From an uncultured archaeon (GTDB lineage Archaea; Asgardarchaeota; Lokiarchaeia; Sigyniarchaeales; SOKP01): 64,000 bases of DNA. The DNA is taken from contig CAZGJX010000007.1 of NCBI GenBank assembly GCA_964525635.1, forward strand, positions 1,250 to 65,249. Direction: 5' to 3'. A program made the position numbers and the translations under genes. This document shows, one piece after another, positions 28,216-37,666 of the stretch. The stretch's first letter is position 1, and the number at the start of each line of letters is the position of its first letter. Below the pieces are notes generated by a model. It was not told where the DNA came from. It searched no databases and saw only the letters and a program-made list of their open reading frames with translations.

Positions 28216-29376
28216 AATTGCATTTTTTATAAATTTCATAAATTCATTATCTGGGAGAAACAGATTTATATCTTATGAAATTTACTAAATTGATCGTATT
28301 AATTTAAATATTTAAATTTATTTTATTAGATACTTATAATTAATATAAATAAAAGTTCAATTAAAACGGTCATTTCCTGAATTTCAATCAATTAATTAAT
28401 ATTATAATCTATATGAAAGATTTTCAACATTATATCCAATTTTAACTGAAATAGATATATAATTTTTTATTTTTTGAGATTTTTTTGAATTTTAACATTG
28501 AGCTTCTGTAGTGTTTATTTCTGCTTTTTTATCAATTTTATTACCTAAAACAGTTATAGTAATCATATTCAATATATTATGATTTCCTTCTCTAAAAGAG
28601 TTTATCTAAGATAGCTTCACTGTAAAAGTATTTGAGTTCATAATATTATAAATAAAAAGACCTAAAATGGAGTTTCGATACATATGTTTGATATCATACG
28701 CAAGAAGAGGCGATCCCCCAATATAATAAATATATTATCATTTACGTCACTTTTTCTTTCTAATATCAAATCCCTTTTAATTCCCGACTTTTCTATTTTA
28801 TAAGATAATCTTCCAATATTGAATAAGAATGAAGTTTTCTAAATCCATTGTTCTCCTAATATTTTTGGTTCATTAGCTAATTAAAATTCAATAATTTATT
28901 TATTAATTCAAATCTAATAAATCACATTATTTATTAGAATATAGAATTCCTCTTTATTAAATTAAAAAACTAGATTTTCATAAATATTGTCAAATTAGAT
29001 GTGTAGACATTTCTTTGATAAAATTTCGTTTTAAAAGAATATAATCCTTAACAGCAATAGTTCTGATAGCAGTTTGTTTGGATTAAATAATAGCATAATT
29101 TGGATTAAACTAATTATAGAAATATTATAAAAAGCTATAAAGCAATAAGAAAGATTTCTTTTTTAAATTTTAGCTTCAATAAATGGAATTTAATCTCTGA
29201 TAATTTGCAGTTAACTAAAAATAAAAATAATTTCATCCATGTTTATCTTTTCCTCTACAAATACAAGATTTATTTGTAATAGATAGGTTTAAATACACTA
29301 TTTCATATAACAATTACTTGAAAATATAAATTAAGTATAATTAAATAGAATAAATATAATTTGGAGGGATAAATTA

Positions 29377-29556
29377 ATGAATCCAAATTTAAATGAAGGA
29401 CCTAAAAGGAATAAAAAAAAAAGAGATTGGGATGATGATGATGATTTCGATAACGATATTGAATATGACGAAGAAGACTATGGGGATGACAGGGATGATG
29501 ATTTAGATGAGGACAAATGGGATGATGAAGATAATTATAATTACTATGATTTTTAG
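29377..29556 (+). CDS. possible 59-aa hyper-acidic micro-protein
   Basis: ATG lies 8 nt after GGAGGG. Sequence MNPNLNEGPKRNKKKRDWDDDDDFDNDIEYDEEDYGDDRDDDLDEDKWDDEDNYNYYDF*. It is the only coherent ORF in a ~2-kb gap. Not in the ORF track (under 60 aa). Confidence 0.35.
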   Translation: MNPNLNEGPKRNKKKRDWDDDDDFDNDIEYDEEDYGDDRDDDLDEDKWDDEDNYNYYDF

Positions 29557-30042
29557 AAATGGACTTTCTTACGAAAAATACTTAACCAATTCTAAATAAA
29601 GAATAAGATATCATTAAGCTATAAATAATATTTTTTTTGATCATTTGATTAATTTCTAAGATGAAAATTCTAAATTTCAGTATTTATCTATTTATTTTTA
29701 TGATATTATTTTTCGGGTAATATCGATTTTAAAAAGAATTTTATAATAATGTAATTTCTCCAATGGTTAATATCTCCTATTAGATTAATAAATTATAATA
29801 AAAGTATTAAAAAAATTAATTTTTCTTAATTATTTTCTTGGAATTAAGACAAGACTTATCTAACTAATTATAGTAATATAAAATAAGATATATATATGAA
29901 TCTCTAATAGATTTAATTTACAAAATTACGGAACAGAACAGAATTAACATTTTGAAATAGAAGAGTTTATAAATATTATTATACTTAAAATTTCACAAAA
30001 AGATTATAATTTAATTAATATTAAAAAGTTAAATTAAAAAAA

Positions 30043-31992
30043 ATGAAAAGAAGTATAACAAATACAAATTTTGATATATCACACGCTAATTCTAATATAA
30101 ATTCTTCCATATCTTTTGGTCCTATAAAAAACTTGGAATCATATGTTAATTCAGATTGGTGGTGTAATATTTTCAATTCTAATTATTTAAAAACTGATGG
30201 AGATTTAGTTAATAATCTTGATATTACATCACAAGAAATTTCATATTTTACCAAGATTTTGGATCTTAAAAAAGAAGATAAAATACTTGATTTATGTTGT
30301 GGACAAGGTCGTCATGCCTTAGAATTAGCAAGAAGGGGATATAAAAATATCTATGGTTTAGATAAATCTTCTTATCTTATTCGTAAAGCTAGGCAATCAA
30401 CCCTTAAAGAAAATTTAAATATTCAGTTTAGAGAAGGAGATGCTCGCAAACTTATATACCCTACAGATAGTTTTGATTTAGTAATGATATTAGGAAACAG
30501 TTTTGGATATTTTGAATCTATTCAAGATGATCTAAAGATACTTGAGGATATTTCTCGAGTATTAAAACCTTGGGGAAGAATCTTCCTAGATTTAGCCGAT
30601 GGAGATTATTTGAAAAGAGAATTCCAGCCTCGTTCTTGGGAATGGATTGATAAGAAATTATTTGTATGTAGAGAAAGATGTTTATCATTAGATGATGAAC
30701 GTCTAATTTCGCGTGAAGTTATAACAGATGTAAATAAAGGCATTATTGCTGATCAGTTTTATGCTGAAAGACTTTATAATGAAAAAAAGATTACTTCTTT
30801 GTTATTAAAAGCAGGATTCTCTAAGGTTCTATTTCATGGCAAATTAATTTCCCAGTCTGAACGAAATCAAGATTTAGGAATGATGGAAAAAAGAATATTA
30901 GTCTCAGCAATAGTGAAAAAAGAATGGACTCCTGTAAAACCTAAAAAAAATCTCAAAAATATAGGTGTTATTTTGGGTGATCCAAACAAATCTGATATAG
31001 TCAAACCCAATAATGGATTTGATGATGATGATCTTTATACAATTGATCAACTTAAATCAAATTTAAAAAATCTTGATAGCTATAATTTTTATTTTTATAA
31101 TAATCATGATATACTCATTTGGGAATTAATAAAAAATAAAAAAAAGATAGATTATGTTTTCAATTTATGTGATGAAGGTTTTAATAATGATGCAAGGATG
31201 GAATTACACGTTCCAGCGATTTTAGAAATGTTGGGTATACCTTACAGTGGTAGTGGCCCTCAATGTCTTGCATTTTGTTATGATAAATCCTTAGTAAGGG
31301 GGATTGCAAAAGAAATGAATATCCCTATAGCTGATGGAATTTATATTACCCAAGAAGAAACCTCTTTTCAATTTCTTCCTTTTAATTTTCCTGTATTAGT
31401 AAAGCCTAATTTTGGAGATTCAAGCTTTGGTATAACTCAGAGAAGTTATGTAAGAAATGGTGAAGAATTAGTAGAAATAATATCAGATCTTAGAAAAGAA
31501 TTTGGTTATGATAAACCTATATTGATAGAAGAATTTTTAACAGGTCCAGATTTATCTTTAGGAATTATTGGAAATCCTTCAGATTCATATAAAGTTTTAC
31601 CTATTATAGAAGAAGATTATTCAGAATTACCTAATGGTTTACCCAAAATTTGTGGTTATGAAGCTAAATGGCTTCCTGAATCTCCCTATTGGAAACTTAA
31701 ATCGATCCCTTGTAATCTTCCTGAAGATAAAAAGACTTTCATTATTGAATGTTGTCTTAGATTATTTAAAAGATTAGAATGCCGAGACTATTGTAGATTT
31801 GATTGGAGACTAGATGAAGATAATAATCCTAAATTACTTGAAGTTAATCCAAATCCCGGATGGTGTTGGGATGGACATTTGGCAAAAATGGCGAATTTAG
31901 ATGGGATCTCTTATTCAGAAATGATTGAAGAAATATTGCATGCCACAGAAAATAGATTAGAAATTTTTTTAGATAACGCTCAAGATACTTAA
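30043..31992 (+). CDS. fusion protein: class I SAM-dependent methyltransferase (N) + D-Ala-D-Ala-ligase-like ATP-grasp (C)
   Basis: MTase motif I ILDLCCGQGRHALELARRG and post-I/II GDARKL, VMILGNSF. The C-terminal half has Ddl-like pre-ATP-grasp and ATP-grasp patterns (VFNLCDEG, LEMLGIPYSGSG, DKSLVRGIAKEMNIP, VLVKPNFGDSS, LLEVNPNPG). Confidence 0.7.
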   Translation: MKRSITNTNFDISHANSNINSSISFGPIKNLESYVNSDWWCNIFNSNYLKTDGDLVNNLDITSQEISYFTKILDLKKEDKILDLCCGQGRHALELARRGYKNIYGLDKSSYLIRKARQSTLKENLNIQFREGDARKLIYPTDSFDLVMILGNSFGYFESIQDDLKILEDISRVLKPWGRIFLDLADGDYLKREFQPRSWEWIDKKLFVCRERCLSLDDERLISREVITDVNKGIIADQFYAERLYNEKKITSLLLKAGFSKVLFHGKLISQSERNQDLGMMEKRILVSAIVKKEWTPVKPKKNLKNIGVILGDPNKSDIVKPNNGFDDDDLYTIDQLKSNLKNLDSYNFYFYNNHDILIWELIKNKKKIDYVFNLCDEGFNNDARMELHVPAILEMLGIPYSGSGPQCLAFCYDKSLVRGIAKEMNIPIADGIYITQEETSFQFLPFNFPVLVKPNFGDSSFGITQRSYVRNGEELVEIISDLRKEFGYDKPILIEEFLTGPDLSLGIIGNPSDSYKVLPIIEEDYSELPNGLPKICGYEAKWLPESPYWKLKSIPCNLPEDKKTFIIECCLRLFKRLECRDYCRFDWRLDEDNNPKLLEVNPNPGWCWDGHLAKMANLDGISYSEMIEEILHATENRLEIFLDNAQDT

Positions 31993-32112
31993 AAAAATAT
32001 ATTCTTAAAAAAAAAATGTTTTTTTTATTTACTCTAAAAATAAGTGTAAGATAAAGATATAAAGGTTTAAGAATATTATAAACATAGCAAAAGCAAAAAT
32101 AAAGAAAAAAAT

Positions 32113-33327
32113 ATGAATTCTATTCCTGATGACGATAAAAAGCAGAAGAATACTAAGAATAATGAATATTTATCTATTTATATAAATCATCTTGAAAAAA
32201 GAATTAGAGATCTTGAAGTAGAGCAACAAGAAAATAATTCTCTTATTAAAAAATTAAGAAAAAAAATTTCTAATTTAAGATTGGAAATTAATCGATTAAA
32301 AAAACCTCCATTATTCACAGGAATCGTCACGGATATATTAGATGATAATAAAAATCGAGTAATTGTTTCAAGTTCAACAGGTCCAAGTTTAATAGTTGAA
32401 AATATATCTAAAATTAAAAAAAGAGACTTAACTCCTGGAAAAAAAGTCGCATTAAACCAACAGACGATGGCTGTTACTGAATTATTACCTTCAAAAATAG
32501 AACCATTTATACAAAGTATGGAACTAATTGAAAACATTCCAAATATATCTTATGATGATATTGGTGGATTGGCGGATCAAATCCAAGAAGTTAGAGAAAC
32601 AGTTGAATTACCACTCATTAATCCTTCTATATTTGAGAAGGTTGGTATTGACCCTCCTAAAGGTGTATTACTTTATGGACCTCCAGGAAATGGAAAAACT
32701 CTAGTAGCAAAAGCAATAGCACATGAAATAAAAGCCACTTTTATTAGAATAATAGGATCTGAATTAGTTCAAAAGTTCATTGGAGAGGGTGCACGTTATG
32801 TAAGAGAAATTTTCGAATTAGCAAGAAAAAAAGCACCAACAATCCTATTTATTGATGAATTAGATGCTATAGGTGCTGAAAGGTTGGAAGATCCTGCATC
32901 AGGAGATCGAGAAGTTCAAAGGACATTAATGCAATTAATGGCAGAACTCGATGGTTTTAATAAAAGAGGAAATGTAAGAGTTGTTGGAGCAACAAATAGA
33001 GTAGATATTCTAGATCATGCTTTGTTAAGACCAGGAAGATTCGATCGGATTATTTATTTTCCAATACCAGATGATGAAGCGAGAGGAAGAATATTTAAAG
33101 TTCATATCAAAAAGTTAAACATCGTAAATAATATTAACATTAAAATGCTGATAAAAATGTCAGAAGGAGCTACAGGAGCGGATATAAAAGCAATCTGTAC
33201 TGAAGCAGGAATGTTTGCTATTAGGAATAATCAATATTGCATTCGAGAAGAACATTTTGTTAAAGCTATTAACAAAGTTTTAGATAAAAAGAAATTTAAA
33301 TCACTTCAATCCAAAATTTATATCTGA
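32113..33327 (+). CDS. pan: proteasome-activating nucleotidase (PAN, AAA+ ATPase)
   Basis: N-terminal coiled coil, an OB region, Walker A GPPGNGKTL, Walker B ILFIDELD, and second region of homology GATNRVDILDHALLRPGRFDR. Confidence 0.85.
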   Translation: MNSIPDDDKKQKNTKNNEYLSIYINHLEKRIRDLEVEQQENNSLIKKLRKKISNLRLEINRLKKPPLFTGIVTDILDDNKNRVIVSSSTGPSLIVENISKIKKRDLTPGKKVALNQQTMAVTELLPSKIEPFIQSMELIENIPNISYDDIGGLADQIQEVRETVELPLINPSIFEKVGIDPPKGVLLYGPPGNGKTLVAKAIAHEIKATFIRIIGSELVQKFIGEGARYVREIFELARKKAPTILFIDELDAIGAERLEDPASGDREVQRTLMQLMAELDGFNKRGNVRVVGATNRVDILDHALLRPGRFDRIIYFPIPDDEARGRIFKVHIKKLNIVNNINIKMLIKMSEGATGADIKAICTEAGMFAIRNNQYCIREEHFVKAINKVLDKKKFKSLQSKIYI

Positions 33328-33364
33328 ATTCTGTATTTAATTGAGATTAAATATGAAAATAAAA

Positions 33365-33913
33365 TTATAAAATAAAAACTGCAGCAGCTAAAACAGTTGC
33401 CCATTCATTTTCTTCTTTGACAGTTGCATAAGAGGTTATATTTTTTGTTTCAATTATTTTTCCATTCATTCTAAAAATCTCTTGTTTATCATCATAATCT
33501 GCTTCAGAATTAAATGGAACACCAAGGGTTGTAGCTAGCATTTCCGCAGCCAGATCCTCTGCAACATCACCCGCTTTCTCAGGTTTCACTCCATATGTAT
33601 GATGTTCACTTAAATATCCGTATTGTCCTTTATCAGCCGGTTTAGCCGCTCCTATTGATGCACATATCAACCTATTATATTCATTTGAACTTGCTCTAGC
33701 TAATACAGCATAAACAATCTGTCCTGCTCTTAATTGTTTAATCCCATCTTCTTTAGCAATTTCAATACAATATGGTGGAAAAATCGAAGAAACTTGAACT
33801 ATATTGAACTTCTCAATATTGGCATCTCTTAATGCTTGCTCGAAAGAAGAAAGCTTGGATTGATGAAATCCTTTACCCTTTACAAAAAAGATCTTTTTGG
33901 GAACAAGTGACAT
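33365..33913 (-). CDS. pdaD: pyruvoyl-dependent arginine decarboxylase
   Basis: VPKKIFFVKGKGFHQSKLSSFEQALRDANIEKFNIVQVSSIFPP fits the PdaD N-terminus, including the self-cleavage Ser region. Confidence 0.8.
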   Translation of the reverse strand: MSLVPKKIFFVKGKGFHQSKLSSFEQALRDANIEKFNIVQVSSIFPPYCIEIAKEDGIKQLRAGQIVYAVLARASSNEYNRLICASIGAAKPADKGQYGYLSEHHTYGVKPEKAGDVAEDLAAEMLATTLGVPFNSEADYDDKQEIFRMNGKIIETKNITSYATVKEENEWATVLAAAVFIL

Positions 33914-34234
33914 GATTAAAACTTATTTTTTTAATATATCTCTTATTATAATATTGATAAATATTTCTTTAATATAAATTTATCTTATTTCCACTTAAAT
34001 TTATGATCTAATTTAACTAAATTTAATATTCTATAGCGAATTTTAGAAACCCAAATATTATTATTAATTTATTCAATTATATTAGCTGATATTTTAAATA
34101 ATATGTAGATTCTGAAATATCATTTACCAATTTAATGATTAAAATAAAAATATCAATTATATATCGATATATTTAAATTTAAAGGAGTTTTTTCTCTTTT
34201 TAGGAAAATATAAAATAGATATTATAGTTATATA

Positions 34235-35224
34235 ATGATGAATCAAGAAGATAGAGATTATTTAAGCAAAAAAATAATTCCATTTAATGTAAAGAGTATT
34301 AGAAATGTCGAAGATATACTGATTAAATTACAAAATTGTGGATTTCAAGGTAAAAATTTAGGTATTGCATTAGAAATTCTTTATAAAATGGTTTCTAATA
34401 AGGACATTTTAACTGTTTTAACTTTAAGTGGTGCTATGGTTCCCGCAGGTATGGGTGAATTAATCTGTACTCTAATGGAATATAAATTAATTGATGTATT
34501 AGTGGTAACTGGAGCAAATATAATTCATGATTTAGTAGATGTTTTTTCAGATATAGGACATTTTGTAGGTAGTTCCAATGTGGATGATGATGATTTATTT
34601 AAACATAGAATAAATCGAATCTATGATATATTTTTACCTGAGGAAAATTATAAAAACGCAGAAAGAGAAATTTTGGATTTAATTAAAGATATTTTTCCAA
34701 ACAAGGAAGTAAAGACAACTCCTTTCAATTTCCTTAGACAAATTGGGCAAAAAATTGAGAAAAGATGTATAATTTCTATAGCTGCTAAAAATAAGATTCC
34801 TATCTTTATTCCTGCTTTTTCAGATTCAGAATTAGCACTTAATTTAATAAAATACTCTGTTAGAGAAGGATATAATTTTCAATTTGATGATTTGAAAGAT
34901 GTTCAGACATTTGGAGAAATTATTAAAAATTCAAAAGAATATGGAACAATAATCATTGGGGGAGGGGTTCCTCGAAATTGGGCTCAACAAATATTTCCTT
35001 TATTGGATCAACTTGAAGAAATAAAAACTCCGGGATATAATTATTCTGTAAGAATTCATACAGCCACAGAATATGATGGTGGACTATCTGGATGCACTCT
35101 CTCAGAATCCAAATCATGGGGAAAATACTCATTAAATTCAAAATATATAAGTGTTTGGTGTGATGCAACTATAGCATTACCAATATTAATAACTGGATTA
35201 TTACAAAGGCTAAAAATTATATAA
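34235..35224 (+). CDS. dys: deoxyhypusine synthase
   Basis: LSGAMVPAGMG, VVTGANIIHD, IIGGGVPRNWAQQ, GGLSGCTLSESKSWGK are DHS family signatures. Confidence 0.85.
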   Translation: MMNQEDRDYLSKKIIPFNVKSIRNVEDILIKLQNCGFQGKNLGIALEILYKMVSNKDILTVLTLSGAMVPAGMGELICTLMEYKLIDVLVVTGANIIHDLVDVFSDIGHFVGSSNVDDDDLFKHRINRIYDIFLPEENYKNAEREILDLIKDIFPNKEVKTTPFNFLRQIGQKIEKRCIISIAAKNKIPIFIPAFSDSELALNLIKYSVREGYNFQFDDLKDVQTFGEIIKNSKEYGTIIIGGGVPRNWAQQIFPLLDQLEEIKTPGYNYSVRIHTATEYDGGLSGCTLSESKSWGKYSLNSKYISVWCDATIALPILITGLLQRLKII

Positions 35225-35235
35225 AGTATATATCT

Positions 35236-36048
35236 TTAAAGATGTACTTGTTTATCTAATTCATTGTTATCATTTTTCTTTTTTTTAATTAACTTACTCC
35301 AATCAACATACATTATTAGAAATAAAACTATTATTGTTAAAATCCATGTGAATGAACTTATTAGTAATTCTATAGGTGTACTTTGTGGAATTATTCGACT
35401 TTCTGCGGCTTCAAGATTTATACCAAACATACTAAATAAGAAGTCTCCTAACGCTGTATCTGCTAACCATATTGGAAGAGCACTGCAAAGAAAACACAAA
35501 ATAAATTTACCTATAAAACAATAAATTAATGTTTTTATTAAACTATAATTCAAAATTCCTAATACTATTAAAAATACATCATCAGGGAGAGGAGTAGCTG
35601 CAAAAAAGATAATTATTAATGGGGCCCAACCTTTTTCAACGTAGGATTTCATTTTATCAATCCGTTCACTCTTTTTAATCATATTTTTTGAACGGTTCCC
35701 AATTACCCAAGATAATATTTCCCCTATACATGCTCCTAATCCTCCAATTATCCCAATCAAAATTGGATTTACTCCCGGGATAACAGAAATGATAATTAAA
35801 GCCATTAAATATGGCACAGGAAATATAATTGTAAGATTACCAAAAATACTGATTAAAAACACTCCTAAATATATCCCTATATCTCCTGTATTATCATAAA
35901 ACCAAAAAACTATATTTACTAACCATTGACCAAAATTTATTCCCAATAAAGCTACTATTAGAAAAAATAATATAATTAAAGTGATAATTATTATTCCACT
36001 ATATTTTTTTAAAAATTTTATAAAATTATTAAATTCCATGTTTATCAT
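35236..36048 (-). CDS. DedA/VTT(SNARE-associated)-family membrane protein
   Basis: Multi-TM protein with FGNLTIIFPVPYLMALI and GGLGACIGEILSWVIG, typical of the VTT domain. Confidence 0.55.
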   Translation of the reverse strand: MINMEFNNFIKFLKKYSGIIIITLIILFFLIVALLGINFGQWLVNIVFWFYDNTGDIGIYLGVFLISIFGNLTIIFPVPYLMALIIISVIPGVNPILIGIIGGLGACIGEILSWVIGNRSKNMIKKSERIDKMKSYVEKGWAPLIIIFFAATPLPDDVFLIVLGILNYSLIKTLIYCFIGKFILCFLCSALPIWLADTALGDFLFSMFGINLEAAESRIIPQSTPIELLISSFTWILTIIVLFLIMYVDWSKLIKKKKNDNNELDKQVHL

Positions 36049-36156
36049 TACAAATATTGTAAAATATATAAAAAATGAAAAAAGATTTCTAAAATAAATA
36101 TTATATGTTTGAAATACATATTTATAATAATTAAATAATGGAAAATAATAACTTTT

Positions 36157-37293
36157 ATGAACGAGGAAAAAGAAAAGGAATTACGTTCAATTGTTGCAAA
36201 TGAACCTGAGAATGTTCATGCCTGGATTAATTTGGGTATATATTTAGAAAAAATAAAGAAAGACTTTTTTGAAGCAGAAAAAATATATAGAAAAGCTATT
36301 AAGATTAATCCCGATTTCTATGGATCATGGTTAAAACTAGGAATTTTTCTTCTTTATAACGGAAATAATATTGAAGAAGCTATTGTCAAATTAAAAAAAG
36401 CAAATAAATTAAATCCAACTGAAAAAATTGCTTTGTATTTTCTTGGAATAGCTTTTTCAGAAACAAATCAAATTAATAAATCAATAGAAGTATTAAAAAA
36501 AGCTATAGAAATAGATCCTAATTTTGAAAATGCTTGGTATAAACTTGGATCTCTTTTAGAAAATTCAAAAAAAAATATTGATGGAGCAATTAATGCATAT
36601 AATAAGGTGATAAATATAAATCCAATGGATAGTGATACTTGGGAAAAGTTAGGTAATTTATTATATAGAGAAAAAAAGGATTATGAGAATGCAAAATTTG
36701 CATTTGAAAAAGCACTTGAATCCAATCCATCTCACATTCCAACATTATTTTCTTATGGTTTTTTTCTTCTAGAACAAAATAAAAAAGAACAAGCGGAAGA
36801 ATATTTTTTAAAAATATTAAAGAATAATACAGATAATTTTTTGATTAAAGGAATTGTTCAAAAAATAAGAAATTTTTATACTCCTTCGATTGAATCAGCA
36901 AGGAAAAGTCATGAATATGATTTAGGGGATTATAGGGCTATTCTTTTTAGCGATATTATTCAAATTGGCAATATAAAATATAAATATATCATAGAGGTAA
37001 AAAAAAAAGAGGATCCAATCCCTATATCATATATATCATCAGAATATAATAATATGTTTGAAGAATTGGGTGGTGGACAGTTTTTTTTCTGTGCATTTGA
37101 AAAAACTGGACATTTTAATTTTGGTAATTCAGATGATTATGGTGATTTGGAGATATTTCTTAATCTTGCTATTGATTATATTGTTAAAAAATATAAGATA
37201 GATGAATCTCAAATACCAGAATTACCAAAAGTCCCCAAAACAATTGATTTTAAAAAAATTTCTGCTTCATTTCATCCCCAAAATAATGAATAA
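36157..37293 (+). CDS. TPR-repeat protein with non-TPR C-terminal domain
   Basis: At least six 34-aa repeats (W..LG..L......A...Y.KAI.INP). About 130 aa of unrelated C-terminus. Confidence 0.7.
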   Translation: MNEEKEKELRSIVANEPENVHAWINLGIYLEKIKKDFFEAEKIYRKAIKINPDFYGSWLKLGIFLLYNGNNIEEAIVKLKKANKLNPTEKIALYFLGIAFSETNQINKSIEVLKKAIEIDPNFENAWYKLGSLLENSKKNIDGAINAYNKVININPMDSDTWEKLGNLLYREKKDYENAKFAFEKALESNPSHIPTLFSYGFFLLEQNKKEQAEEYFLKILKNNTDNFLIKGIVQKIRNFYTPSIESARKSHEYDLGDYRAILFSDIIQIGNIKYKYIIEVKKKEDPIPISYISSEYNNMFEELGGGQFFFCAFEKTGHFNFGNSDDYGDLEIFLNLAIDYIVKKYKIDESQIPELPKVPKTIDFKKISASFHPQNNE

Positions 37294-37666
37294 TAATATA
37301 AAAATCACTTTAATATATAAAAATATAGTTTAAGCGAATACTTTATTACTCTTTCTTATAAATCTTTAATAATCAATGAGATTTTGTTCGTATTAAATTG
37401 AGTTAATATTGGGAAAAAAAAATATTTTGTTTTTAAAATGTGGAAAAATCAAAAGATAAAATTAAGTTGTATAAAGATAAAATGGCTATTACCCATAAAA
37501 AACCTCATCTTTAATTTTTTACTAAAATTCTCTTTCCTTTCTTTATTAATATATGATGAAATATTAGATTTTTAATAAGTTGTCTAAATTAAGGAAAAGA
37601 AGTAAAAAAAAGCAAATTTATTAATAGAAAATAATGAAATTATTATTTTTTCTTTCTATAAGATAA

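Noticed and set aside
28560-28860. Minus-strand frame fragments that might be a decayed transposase or nuclease gene, hence a mobile-element remnant.
   Set aside because: The fragments are short, have multiple stops, and show no diagnostic motifs or terminal inverted repeats. It is kept only as a note within the ORF-poor-island finding, not called as a mobile element.
37441-37590. A 47-aa ORF (MWKNQKIKLSCIK…), and an ATGATGA C-box-like string near 37554 as a possible C/D box sRNA.
   Set aside because: No matching D box (CTGA), C'/D' pair or terminal stem was found at the appropriate spacing. The ORF has no ribosome-binding site and has a low-complexity composition.
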